A stretch of DNA of 62,622 bases from Octopus bimaculoides (lineage: Eukaryota), in contig NC_069005.1 of assembly GCF_001194135.2 (NCBI RefSeq), positions 14,771,909-14,834,530 of the forward strand, read 5' to 3'. This document shows, piece by piece, positions 24,306-36,315 of the stretch. The notes beneath the pieces are model-generated. The model was not told where the DNA came from, made no database searches, and saw only the letters and a list, made by a program, of their open reading frames with translations. The translations under genes and the position numbers were made by a program. Each line of letters begins with the position of its first letter. Position 1 is the first letter of the stretch.

Positions 24306-25731
24306 CTGTGACCAACAACTTTTTTTTTTTTAAACGAGTTGTGTTAGCTCTTTAAATGACAAGATTGCTGTAGTAAGCCGTACAAACTGTTTTTCTATCC
24401 CCTTCACCGATCAAGAAGTTCGTATGTTTCTTGCCGCTAAAGTCAACTTCCAATTCAATCAATCTTGGTCGAACGTGTTGAAGAAGGCATATCTCCACCA
24501 ACATGGTAGTTTGTAGAGGAAGACACCACCTCCTCGCATCTTCTTGGTCTCGTAATTTCTTGCTGTCTGCATCCTAGGACGATTAGATTCATTTTTTTCC
24601 CCAGTATGAATACAGACCATGTGAATTTTGGGGGGTTTTCATTTACCCTTATTTAAAGCTGTGGACATCTATTTTTTTCCCTACCTAAAACTGGATTTTT
24701 ACAAGCACTGGAAACAAATTTTTCTTCACTAATTTCACTTTATATTGATCGTTTATTATTTCTTTTCAATACTAAATTTCTTTTTGGAATTTTCACCTCA
24801 AGCTTGGCTCTACAAAACCCGAATTCCATAACACTTCTTTTTACACAGACAAACAGCATCATACATCTCCATAGCTTTTCTGCGATATAACAAACACAAT
24901 TGCATATTTTTTTCCCCCTCATCAGTGATCCTTGAATTCAAACGGACAAAAATCTTTTAGCGAAGTGCTGCTCTGGTAAAAATGATTTCTTTTATTTATA
25001 TTTCTAAAAAAGAAAAATTACCAAAAAAAAAAAATTAATACTTAGTATGGCGATGAATTTAAATGTCAAGCCTCTGTTCGCATTAATAGGGAGATAGAAT
25101 GGTTAGATTTTAGTATTTAATTTGTGTTATTTACTTTGAAGAGTTAATTTTATTACAATTCTCTCTGCTGCATTTTTCTGAAAATCAGATTTAAGTTTTA
25201 TCAATTGCAATGTCTTTCATCTCCCTCGTATTATAAGCAAGAAGACCTTGACGAGTTCCTATGTATTTTTTTAATACCTCACTAGCTATAAAACCCACAA
25301 GATATATATTTTTTTTACCCCCATGGTTTTCAGTAAGCTTGCACAACTGGTTCCATGACCTATTAACTTTTTTTTCCCACTCTTCTCAGAAGAAATAAGT
25401 CATCGTCTTTTCTATTTTAGTATTATCTCTAGGGAATCGATGTAGAAATTGGTGGCGGCGGGGACCCTCCTCTTCTATTTTAGCTAATTAACTTTTAACA
25501 TAGTTTCTTTTTTTTTTAAAGAACAACCCTTGTTTTAAATACACATAAAGCACATGCATTTATATATGCATACGGTTAGATAAGAATTAATCTAGTTGTA
25601 CACACGTGTACACAAACCAACAGTCTTCATCTATCTCTGTCTATATATATTCTGTCTATTCCCTCTTTCACGTTCAAGATTGCTGAATTTGTGAATTTGA
25701 TTCTGGAATTCCTCAACCAAACCCCCCCAAA

Positions 25732-25756
25732 ATGAAGTTTATTCGATGTAATAAAG
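25732..25756 (+). other. Candidate start-codon exon end (MKFIRCNK+G) or uORF
   Basis: CAAAATG context, then AAG|GTGAGA donor (GT at 25757-25758). No matching downstream coding exon identified. Confidence 0.35.
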
Positions 25757-26307
25757 GTGAGATTTTTTTTCTTTTCTTTTTTTTTTCTTTTGGCAATTTA
25801 ACACGGAGTTGTAACCAAATTAATTGGATTGAATTTTTATTAATAGTTTTCGTTGATGATTCAAGTTGGTGTTTTGTGAGATGCCGAAGCCTAAATGTGA
25901 TCACGTGTGCCAAGCGTGTCAATGTCAGTTTTTAGTATCTTTGGTTTTGGCCGATTATGGAAGATGTTGCTTTCTTACTCTTTTTCACTCTCTCTCTCTC
26001 TCTCCTTCCCTCCTGCTTTCTTTCTTTCTCTCTCTCTCTCTGTTATTACTGCTGTTGCCTATGTCTCGCTGATTGTCCTTATCACATTAGTTTAAAAGAA
26101 AACTAGAAGACACCCACTCCTCTGCAAACTCGTTAACAACTTTTATCTCTTGTTTTGTTTTTTTGTTTGTTATTTGTTTCTTAATTTCTTTCTAATTTTC
26201 GTTTTATCAAATATTTTTTTTTCTGTTTTTGAATCACGTGGAGGACTTATTTTGTGGATTTGTGGCAGAAAAGACTACTAACAACCTATAAACTCTCTCT
26301 CTCGTTC

Positions 26308-26365
26308 AGTCTGAAGTACATGTGAATGAGTACACTTATACTCGTTGCACGCGTACTTTCATACT
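26308..26365. ncRNA. Candidate pre-miRNA-like hairpin
   Basis: AGT-C-TGA-AGTAC-A-TGTG-AATGAGTA pairs with TACTCGTT-G-CACG-C-GTACT-T-TCA-T-ACT around a 6-nt loop. No match to the conserved miRNAs I recall. Confidence 0.3.
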
Positions 26366-28314
26366 TACAAAAGAATCACTTTCTTGCGTCCATTAATTGA
26401 AAAAGATTCAGTGGGTGGGATTATCTTATAAGATGTGTGAATGTGTATGTATATCTATAAAGTTGTATTCATACATACGCACACCTTATATAACCTTTTC
26501 CATTATCCTTGTTTGAGCTCGCCTTTCAATTGTTATTTGGTTTTTAAGTCATCTTTAGAGATTTGCTCCCTCTCGATCAGACATACGAACAACTGTATTC
26601 CGTGTTTTCTTTGCACACAACTTCCAAATTACATCTCTGAAAGTCAAAGCTCAAACTTTCTCGTGGCTTTTCTTAAGCATGGACTTGAAAAATATCTATG
26701 GTTGAAAGTCTTTTAGTTTCTGCCATCCTAGTATTGACATTGACCATATCGATTTTTATTTTTTACTATTAATGATTTTGAATTAAAATGATCGATTTCC
26801 TATGAATCCAATTAATCAGTTTTCAAGCTCCGTAACATTAATATTTGTACAAGTTCTGTGTCTCCTAGGCATCATGAATTCAAGAGTTGCAAGTAACTCT
26901 TACGGTTTCGAATCGCCTTTAGTTTTTTCCTTCTTATTCTCTCTGTCGTTAATAATGCTAACAAGAACACGAAAGTCCAGAAAAGAGAAATTAACATTTT
27001 GAAGAAAAAAATTAGATTTGAGCAAAATTCTGTTAATTATTCTTTGACCTTGTTATATTTTGTAATTCATGGAGGTATTAACCGTTCATTTAACCCGAAA
27101 CAGATATTTTATGCAATAAATATTTCCATTTATAATATAAACTCCGTCTTGAAGTTTTGAATTAGAGATTCGACTCGGTAGAGATGTAGTTTAGTTTTCA
27201 TAACGCTCTTCAAAGGTAACTTGGCTTTTTTTAATATTTGGTTTCGAGTTACATTAAATGATGATTGCCGACATTTTTTAACTGCTCTCTGTAAATATTT
27301 TATTACAATCCCTCTTTAGATGATTTTTTTTTAGCTGTTCATATAATCATTAGCAGTATTACTTTACGCGTTTATATATTGGACTGAATTTTCTGACCGT
27401 AACCATATTCTACCTATATATAATATTTTTCTAAAATGCCGGCTTCTACATATATATCCATACACTGAATCCAATTTCTTCTAATTAGAAATCAACTTAT
27501 TATTCAACTCCAACTGGAGATATATATGTATTACCTCATTAAATAATGAAAGATTAAAATTATATGTACCACTGAATTTACAACTAGAGATATTTCAAGA
27601 AAAGAAAGACAGAAGTATTGGAAAATTGAGAAACGAGATGGTAGGGTGTTTTGTGTGTTTAGTGCATTTCATGAACAGTAAGCCATTCTGTTAACTTAAA
27701 ACTATACAAATGGCGTTGAGAATGTATGGATATCTTCAAAGCTACCATTTGTCTTACTGAAGGCAAAATTCTATCCGAAATATCTTAGAAATACCGCGAT
27801 ACTACAAATTTAGAACCCATCCATGAAGATTATAAAATTTTTGTTATATATATATATATATATAAATAAATGTGTGTGTGTGCATGTCTATATATAGACG
27901 GTATTTGATAAAATTCCTCATGGCATTTGCCTCAAGTCTAAGCACCGAGTTCAAATCTCGTTGCAATCATTTTTCCCTTTTCATTCTTTCAGGGTCAAAA
28001 AAAAAAAAAAGTACTGATTCAGGGAGGTTGCTTGGCAGAACTGATATAGGACTAGGGAAGATGCCTTGCAGTATCAATTCCTACTCTCTTGTTCTGATAG
28101 TGGTGCCTGCAATGACTTTGGTGCCAATCCGTGTCCGTCCAAGTTGATAGCCTTTCCTTTCGATAAACATAGGTAGCATGGAGAAGTGAGATTTGCATGT
28201 GTTGGCAACAATCTATCTTCCTAAAAAAAAATCTTACTCTAACCTGTGCATGCATGTGCAGAGGCATGGTCAATTTTGACTAAATGAGGTTTCATTTGAG
28301 TCACTGTGTATCAT

Positions 28315-29200
28315 CATCATCATCATCATCGCTTAACCTCTGTTTTCCATGCTAGCATGAGTTGGATGGTTTGACAAGAACTGGCAAGGCCAGGAGTTGC
28401 ACCAAGCTGCACGGTCTGTTTTAGCTTGGTTTCTATGGCTGGATGCCTTTCCTAACACCAACCATTTTACTGAGTGTTTTTTACGTGGCACCTTGGTTTT
28501 AGGATCTCTGTATGTGTATATATTTATATATAACCATTGCTATTTAACATCCACATTTCCATGCTTGCATTGGTCAGACAGTATTAGTTGATTTACTGTG
28601 GTGGGATACCCTTCCTATCGTCAACGTTCACCTGTTCCCAAGCAAGATAATATTTCTTATGCCCAGATATGGAAGATTGGAAATAAACAACTTAGTTTGT
28701 ATGACGGTGATGCTTGCTTACAATAATCATGTGGTGTTAAGACAAGGGTATACACACACACATTAAATATTAAGGGCTTCTTTCACTATCCAAAATCCAC
28801 CCCAAAAGATTTGGCCAGCCTGGGGTTATAGAAGACACTTACCCAAGGTACTGTGCAGTGGGACTGAATATGAGACAAGGTTAGGGAGCAAGCTTCTTAA
28901 CCACACAGCTGTGTGTGTATGTATGTATATATATCATCATTTAATGTCTGTTGTCCATGCTTGCATGAGTTGGATGGTTTGTTCAGGGCTGGTAAGCTGA
29001 GAGGCTGCACCAGATTCCAGTTTGTTTTGCATGTGTTGGCATCATGATTTCTATGGCTGGATGCCCTTCCTAATGCCAACCTCTCTGAGAGTATAATGGA
29101 TGCTTTTATGTGCCACCAGTACGGATGGCAGTTACATGATACTGGCATCGGCCACATTGCCTCCATGAGGTCCAACACTCAAATGGAGCTTTTTATGTGA
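28315..29200 (-). mobile_element. Cluster of RTE tails and a composite family A SINE
   Basis: GGCTGGATGCC.TTCCTAA..CCAACC at ~28437 and ~29055; variant tail at 28535-28730; SINE head at 28760-28910. Confidence 0.7.
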
Positions 29201-29417
29201 CACTGACATCAGCCACCAGTTATAGGATTCAATAGAATCTAGACACCTCAACATGTAGGACACCAGAAATGGCTGGGTACAATAACATAGGGTTCACAGT
29301 GAGGTAAAACAACCGTGAAAGTATTGTGTTTGTAGGATACTGTAATAATGGAAATATCAAATCCAATTAAACCATAGATCCAACTTAGGGTTGGTTCTAG
29401 GTTCAGCATAGGAGTTG

Positions 29418-29638
29418 AAAAGAGCACAAATGGGGTTTAAAATTTACGACAGCTATTTCATAGAGTACATCATAGCATATAATCCACCATCTTCAGGTAA
29501 AATTTTAAACAGGTGAGATAACTGTTTAATACTTTATTGGAAGATGGTGGATTGATGTTATGATGTAATCTATGAATGCATCAATGAAGTTCTATTGAAA
29601 CAGCTGCTGTAAATTTTAAACCCCATTTGTGTTCTTTT
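29418..29638. repeat. ~220 bp foldback inverted repeat
   Basis: AAAAGAGCACAAATGGGGTTTAAAATTTAC vs GTAAATTTTAAACCCCATTTGTGTTCTTTT (29/30); ATCCACCATCTTC vs GAAGATGGTGGAT; inner TTAAACAG vs CTGTTTAA. Confidence 0.9.
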
Positions 29639-29859
29639 ATATAGGTCAAGTTGCTCATGAGTGTTATTGGTAACATGTTTGGTCGGATCTTTTTTATTTT
29701 CTTCGAACCACTTTTTACAAATTTTGTAATTTTGCATGCTGGTGATGAAAATCGGATTTTTGTTTCTTTCCAAGCACTTGAAGAGTTATATACAATTAGA
29801 ATGATATTATTGCCATAGTCACAGGTCTTGCTTTGGACTCGCTAACAGCCAAAATGAGA

Positions 29860-30420
29860 CGAAAACACATGGACTGTCAATAAAAGAAAATAATGAAATA
29901 AAATAAAATGTTTGTACCTGTGGAACTATGAGTACCAGAGCACTGGTTATTCCCTCGCTTGAGATAGGCCCAAGTGCTTTCTACTTGTTGAGTATGGGTT
30001 CTGTCTAGTGAATTTACAAATTCAATGGCAAAATTGGTACCCTGGTATCTCAGAAATATGCAAGTAGGTGCATCACAGGTCACTGTAAATAGTTGTTCTT
30101 GGCAGAATTAATTGTCAAGTGCAATCTGTGAGTGTATCATGATCTCAAGGGACTACAGCAAAAAGAAAGGAAAAAAAACTGCCAAAAGCTGTTTGGGTTG
30201 CTTTCAAACCCCAGCTGTATTTTCTCTTCAAAAATATAGTTGCATCTATTTCAACAATTCTACTAGGACCACCCTCGATCTTCATCGGATTGTGGAGCAA
30301 ATCTTCCACACAGGTCTCCTTTAAATAAATTTTATAGTCTACTGCAATAATTACACTAATCCCTAATTCCTCCTTACAAAACCTAGTAGCTGTCAATTCT
30401 TGCACCCACAGCAGTATGAG
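29860..30420 (-). pseudogene. Merlin/IS1595-family DDE transposase remnant
   Basis: KEELGI...VDYKIYLKETC...KIEGGPSRIVEIDATIFLKRKY; ILPRTTIYSDL*; EFVNSLDRTHTQQVESTW. These match the Merlin motifs GGPG..VEIDES..KRKY, TIYSD and HTQ.IES.W; stops and frameshifts present. Confidence 0.8.
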
Positions 30421-30659
30421 TAAATGACAATACACAAGAGTTACATAACAACAAACAATTTCAGCTTTCACTGTAAGGACATTGGCTTGAAATTTGCTAA
30501 AAATACATAGTTAAATGCTTCTAACTTCTTTATTATAAATTTTCCAAAATAATAACCGATATCAACAGCATGCAAAACTATAGCTGAAGTACATGTTTTT
30601 GATAATTTTCAGATTAAGATTTGTGGTTGGAAGAAAATGAAAATGATCCACTTAGTCTA

Positions 30660-32950
30660 ACTTTTTGCATGGTTGGACATTGGTGAGGTACCCCTTAGCT
30701 GTTGTTAAAGCATATCACTAGGAGAAAGCACTACAGTGGTAACAACTACACCAAGGCTATAACTGGGTGGGCTACCTTGAAAGACAACTAGACAAGGACA
30801 ATTCTGAGCTTAAACCCTCTGTACAAAGGCTAAAGGAATCAACCCCGATAGGAAATTATGATGGAAGAGAACTTGAAGCCCATAGACTTTTCATGTTGAA
30901 GATAGATTGAAGACCATGAATGGCTGATGACTCTTGTCCCTCCAGAGGGCTCACTATCCTGTGCACTACAGGAGGTAAGTCAACTATGGGGACTGCTGTG
31001 GCCAGTGACTTACCAAGTCACTGACCTAAATTCTATATCTGATCAGATTGCCTTCAGCAAGATCAAACTAAGGTATAAATACATATATGCATATGAAGTG
31101 TCCAGGCATTCATTAAGTTGGGAAGCTGCACAGTATCACCTAGGAAATGAGATGATGTGGCTGAGAGACATTGGATTGGAGTTGGGCCCTTCACTACTAC
31201 AGAAGGCAAGCCACTTGTCTATACTGGAGCCAGTGTGAGAGTAATCTTTTCTAAAGATGTTTTAAAGTACTTTTTCTCCTGAAGGTCAACCGATGATTGT
31301 CAGTCTCTCTCTGATCCAAGTTTATGCACATGAAGAGATTAAAAGCGTTCTATAACAATGTGTGAGGCACCTTCCAAGGCTGTCCAAGCTAGAAGATTGT
31401 GATGGTTGCTGGACACTTTAGCACCAAGATAGGACTCCCTAGATAGTTAAACCTGCAGGCATTAGAGCTTAGCAACTCAGAACAGTTTTGGGGAGCAACT
31501 TCTTTCACAACAAAATCCCGTATGTCATAAAAACCGCCATGTCACAATAACTACCTTTCACCAGCCTAAGCAGTCACACAACATTTGGCTGTCTTCTTTC
31601 AAGAGGAACACTAACCAGTTTGACTAATTCTGGTGAAGAGGCACTGGTTGAAGTTTACACCAACTCCAGGGCATATCTGGGACCTGACTGAACTCTAAGC
31701 ATAACATGATGGGAGCCAATATCAGATAATGGGTTAGGAGAGTAAGTACTGGAATCAGAATGACAAGGCTCAGTCTTGATGCCCACAAGTCAGTGACAAC
31801 TAGAGAAACCTACAACATAGAAGTTAACCACAAATCCAAATCCCTGAATGTGTCTGAAGATGAATTTTGCCCCATCAAGGAGCTGTTAGAGGATGTTAAG
31901 TTGGTGAAGATGAGTCAGCCATGGATCCCAATTCTACAGCTGATGTATTGGAGGCACTCATTCAGAGGAGAATAAGTTGATACAGGACTGTACAATGCTA
32001 AGCCAGAAAGGGAGGACAAGACTTCATGGTTAGAGTAACGCTGCAGAGAGCTAGAGGAAGTCCTTTGTCATAATTCCAGAATGGTCTATGGTATTAAAAA
32101 AAAAAATTCCAACCAAAATAGTACAACATTGGAGTTGAGTCATGACAGACATGGACATCCTGAGGATGTGTAACGAGTATGGAGAGAAACCTTAGCAGGA
32201 TGTCAGTGACTTAAATGGTCCCAGTAACAAACTACAATGCATGCTAGAAATTGTGCATGTTGAAGTGAAGGAAACAATTCAGCACCTACCCCGAAACAAA
32301 GCAGGAAGTGTTGACAACCTTCCCATGAAATTATTGAAAATAATAAAGGTTCCCACCAAGCTGTGTGACAAGACCCGTGAGACAGGCAATTAGTCTGTAG
32401 ACTGAATGTGAATAGTCTTTGTTGCACTGCTAATTGCTCAGAGTGCTGTACCTGATTAGCCTCACCAGCAGGGCATGGAACAAGTTGTCTAAAAACAGCT
32501 TGTGGAAATGCAGATGAAGTTTCATAAAGCAGTGGGCACGAGGGACCAGATCTTTAGTATCGGCATTCTTGTGAGGACATTGTTCCTCTCTACATGTCCA
32601 TTGATTGTGACAAAGCCTTTGGCTTGTTGTAGCATTCCATGTGTAAGGTGTTTCAGATAATGGGGATTGAGGGCTTAGCAACCAACTTATTGCAGAGATT
32701 GTACAAGGGTCACTAGAGACAGCTGTTATGGAATGTGAGTTTATGGACTGGTTTTGCTTCAGGAAAGGTGTTTAACAGGTGTTTCTGGCAATGCAGAAGT
32801 TAGGTGATCTTGGCTATCTTTGTATATGCATCAGTGGCTAATGGCGAAGTAACATTTGTTATACTAATGATATTGTACTAATTGCTACTCACTGCACTGT
32901 AGAGACTGATTAATAAGTTTTAACTGGGAATTCACTAAAATGATAAAGAG
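30660..32950 (+). mobile_element. Old, heavily decayed RTE-clade LINE (endonuclease to RT)
   Basis: Degenerate motifs IVMVAG.F..KIG (~31395), KA..VDN.P..LLK (~32300), GTRDQIF (~32535), IDCDKAF (~32600), KGV.Q (~32765). Confidence 0.65.
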
Positions 32951-33559
32951 CATAATGGCCACCAGGGAACCAGAGTAGTTTAACATACCATGTGCTGGCC
33001 CAGGTTGAAAGGTTCAACCCCCTGATCTCTGTTGTTGGACTGGATAGTGGATTGCAGTTAGAAAATCAGATTAAGAGTAGATGTAGGGAGATCAGCTCTT
33101 AAGGTCACTCAACATATGTAGCGATTTGTACCTTCAAGCTGAGACTTCTAAAAATCCTAGTCTGGCAAAGACCCTAAGGATTGTTGAGACTGGGAAGCTG
33201 GGTGCGTATGGAATGACTGCTATAAGTGTTGTAGATGAGTCTGGCAGCCCATAGAATAGTTTTGTACTGAACCAGTCTGTGCTCTTTGGCAATAGACTAA
33301 AATCTGAAGACACTGGTCAGTGGCAAATTCTGCAAATTTTTTCTACCATAATATCCAGAGCCAGAATTTTTGTACTTGCTATTCTGAGCGGCTGAGTGCA
33401 TGGAAAATGGACATGTAGGAAAAAAGACAGCAATTGACATCAAGGACTGGAATGCAGAAGAATCTGGTTATACAAGATGGTAGTGTATGTGGGGAAAACC
33501 TGGGAATATGTACATGTACATATATACACATGCATACATACATACATGTGTTTCTATCT

Positions 33560-33910
33560 GTATTGTGGATGTGGAGGAAACCTATTGAAGAGGTAGACCC
33601 AAGAAGACATAAGATAAGGTGGTGAAATATGATCTTTGGATGTTGAACCTCTCGGAGGCGATGACAAGTGACTGAAACTTCTGGCAATTTGCTGTGCTTG
33701 AGAAGACATGTCAAGCTTAGTGAAATCAGTTGTGGCCATTGCTGATGACATGTGAAAGGCGCCCATGCCAATGACACGTGAAAGGCACCCAATACATTCT
33801 GTGGAGTGGTTGGCATTAGGAAGGGCATCCAGCTATGGACACCAAACTGAATCAGTTAAACTGTCTTTCCCATGCCAGCATGGAAAACAGATGCTGAATG
33901 ATGATGTAGA
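33560..33910 (+). mobile_element. RTE 3' end with (GAT) tail
   Basis: GTGGATGTGGAGGAAACCTATTGAAGAGGTAGACCCAAGAAGAC...GGAGTGGTTGGCATTAGGAAGGGCATCCAGC. Confidence 0.8.
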
Positions 33911-33984
33911 TGTATGTGTACATGTATAGTTTAATCATAAAAATCGACCACAGTATGTTTACTATTTTCTGTCGAATAGCTAAC

Positions 33985-34370
33985 TTATGGGTTTTACTTG
34001 TTTCAGTCATTTGTCTGCAGCCATGCTGGAGCACCGCTTTGAAGGGTCTTAGTCAAACATCGACCCCTAGGACTTCTTTTAAAGCCTAGTACTTATTCTA
34101 CCAGTCTCTTTGCTGGTCCGCTAAGTTATGGGGGATGTAAACACACCAACATCAGTTGTTAAGCGGTGGTGGGGGGGCAAATATGGGCACAGACATGCAT
34201 ATATATACATACATACACACACGCACGCAGGATGGGCTTTTTTCAGCTTCCGTCTACCAAATCCACTCACAAGACTGGTTGGCCAGAGGCTATAGTAGAA
34301 GACACTTGCCCAAGGTGCAACACAGTGGGACTGAACCTGGAGCCACAAGGTTGCAAAGTGGGCTTCTCAA
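33985..34370 (-). mobile_element. SINE family A, full length
   Basis: Complete reverse copy followed by (TA)n at 34385-34432. Confidence 0.85.
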
Positions 34371-34374
34371 CTTC

Positions 34375-34436
<62 letters not shown>

Positions 34437-36315
34437 CATGTGACCTACCAAACTATCAGATGTTACATGTCACTGATCACAATGCACTTTTGCATTGTTT
34501 TAGCCTTCAAATGACACCACACCGCTGGCTAAGTGAGCAGGCCAACAATCCCCATTGATTGAAGGGGGGCTAGAGCAACATGAAATGAAGTGTTTTGCTC
34601 AAGAACACAGCATGCTGGCCAGTCAGCAAATCTAACCTATGATCTAGCGATTGTGAGTGCAACAGCCTAACCACTAGGCCACATTCTTTCACATTAGTGT
34701 GTGTGTATGCATACCTCAACTTAATACTACATTTCTAGTTGGGTCTTTTTTGACTTTACATTTTGTTCCCTATAAAAAATTAATGGGAAAATAAACATCA
34801 CCTTTAGTCAATCTAGCCAGCTTGTCTCAGCAAACATATTTAAGAGCATATAAATTAAACATACAAACCAATACTTAAGTGGAAAATCAAATAAATTACA
34901 TGTTTAGAGTCCATTTATTAAAGCAGATATGAGTTGATAATTTGTTTTTTAAAATGTTTTTACATATGTCATTTTTCAAATTAAGTTGCATGTCTTTCAG
35001 CCAATTACCAATGTAAGTTAAGGTTTACCTGTATGCATTTGGATGTATGTGTGTTCGTACGTGTATATATGCATACATGTACATTTGTGTGTGTATATTT
35101 ATCATTATTAACATTTATGTTCTATGTTGGCATGGTTTGGACATCTTCAGAGAATGCAATGAGTCTGGGCTGCAACATGCTCTGGCATCTGCTTTGACAT
35201 GGTATCTATGCTGGATGCCTTTCCTAATGCTAACCACTTTACAACAAGTAGCGAATGCTTTTTGTGCCAGCATTAATGAGATCACCATGTAGCCTGCATA
35301 ACTTATGATCCCCTTTCCCTGGGTGGGTCTACAATAGGTGGCAAAGTGATTTTATGCTAGAAGATATAGGGGTTAAAGCAGGTTTCTTATTGTAGGGATT
35401 TTCATAGTTACACTCACATTATAGAAGACTGGAAATAATTGGGGTCTAGTTGTGATGGTTTGTTAAGAATGGACTCTAAAGGTAGGAGATAAGTAGCAGT
35501 GGAAGCTGGAGAACTTTGAATGTGGGTAGGTTGTAGTTGTAAGAGTGTATGAGTGAAAGATAGTTAAAGAAGATGGAGAATGGGTGAGGGATAAATATAA
35601 GCAACAAGTTTTGTGGGATAAGTTGGGTTTGTAGGAAAGAGTAGGTGACAACTGTATCAGTTCAGTAGAGTGGATGTGTCTGGTGCATAAGGAGTGGGTG
35701 GTGACCAATGATACATGATTTCAGGCATGTAGGGGAGAGTGTGAGATGACTGACTGTGCAGAAAAAGATGGAGTGAAGACAACAAAAGAGTAATAATGAT
35801 GCAGTAGACAGGGGAAGGATGAGAGAGAGGGACATGTAGTCAGGTAGGTTATAAGAGGCAGGTGTAGTGAATGGGGAGAGTGAGAAATGTAAGGTGATAA
35901 AGGTGAGATAATTTGGTGGCTCAGGAAGGTGGTAATTGTAAAACGTAGGTGGAGAGGACAGTATTAAGAATGAAGGATGGGTAATAAGTGTAATGGTTTT
36001 AGGTTGTGAGAAAGGTAATTTGTATCATGGAGCTACATGATTACTCACATATAGAAATGAGAGTGATTGAATTGAGCCAAAAAACTGGAAGGTAGAAGAC
36101 TGGTGGTGCTGAACAGCAGAATGACAATGATGAAATAGTAGACAGAAGAATGAGGAGGGTGAGTGATGCATGGTGGTGGAGAAGGTTACTTGTTGACTGG
36201 ATGGGATGATCAGTATTAATGGATGAAGAGTGGATAAGTGAAATGGTTCTGAGTAATAAGAAAAGTAGTATCAAGGAAAATCTGCAGTTAGAAAGCTAAT
36301 GGGGTATATTGAGAA

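Larger units (their letters stand above)
22560..27900. promoter_or_regulatory. Repeat-free, CpG-retaining block; putative bidirectional promoter and first exons
   Basis: No recognisable family repeat for ~5.3 kb; CG visibly more frequent than in flanks; ATTGG at 25448-25452 next to GGCGGCGGGG at 25454-25463; CACGTG at 25603, 25902 and 26235; splice donors pointing outward on both strands. Confidence 0.5.

Noticed and set aside
24742-24758. 16-mer ATATTGATCGTTTATT shared with ~57000
   Set aside because: An AT-rich match of this length is expected by chance in 62 kb.
25938-25960. miR-9-like start TCTTTGGTT (and miR-219-like TGATTGTCC near 26070)
   Set aside because: Only the first ~9 nt match and there is no complementary arm.
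35420-36310. Purine-rich tract as a gene or G-quadruplex array (similar tracts at 780-960 and 8100-8500)
   Set aside because: No regular G-run spacing and no ORF support; most likely ancient LINE-derived or low-complexity sequence that I cannot classify.
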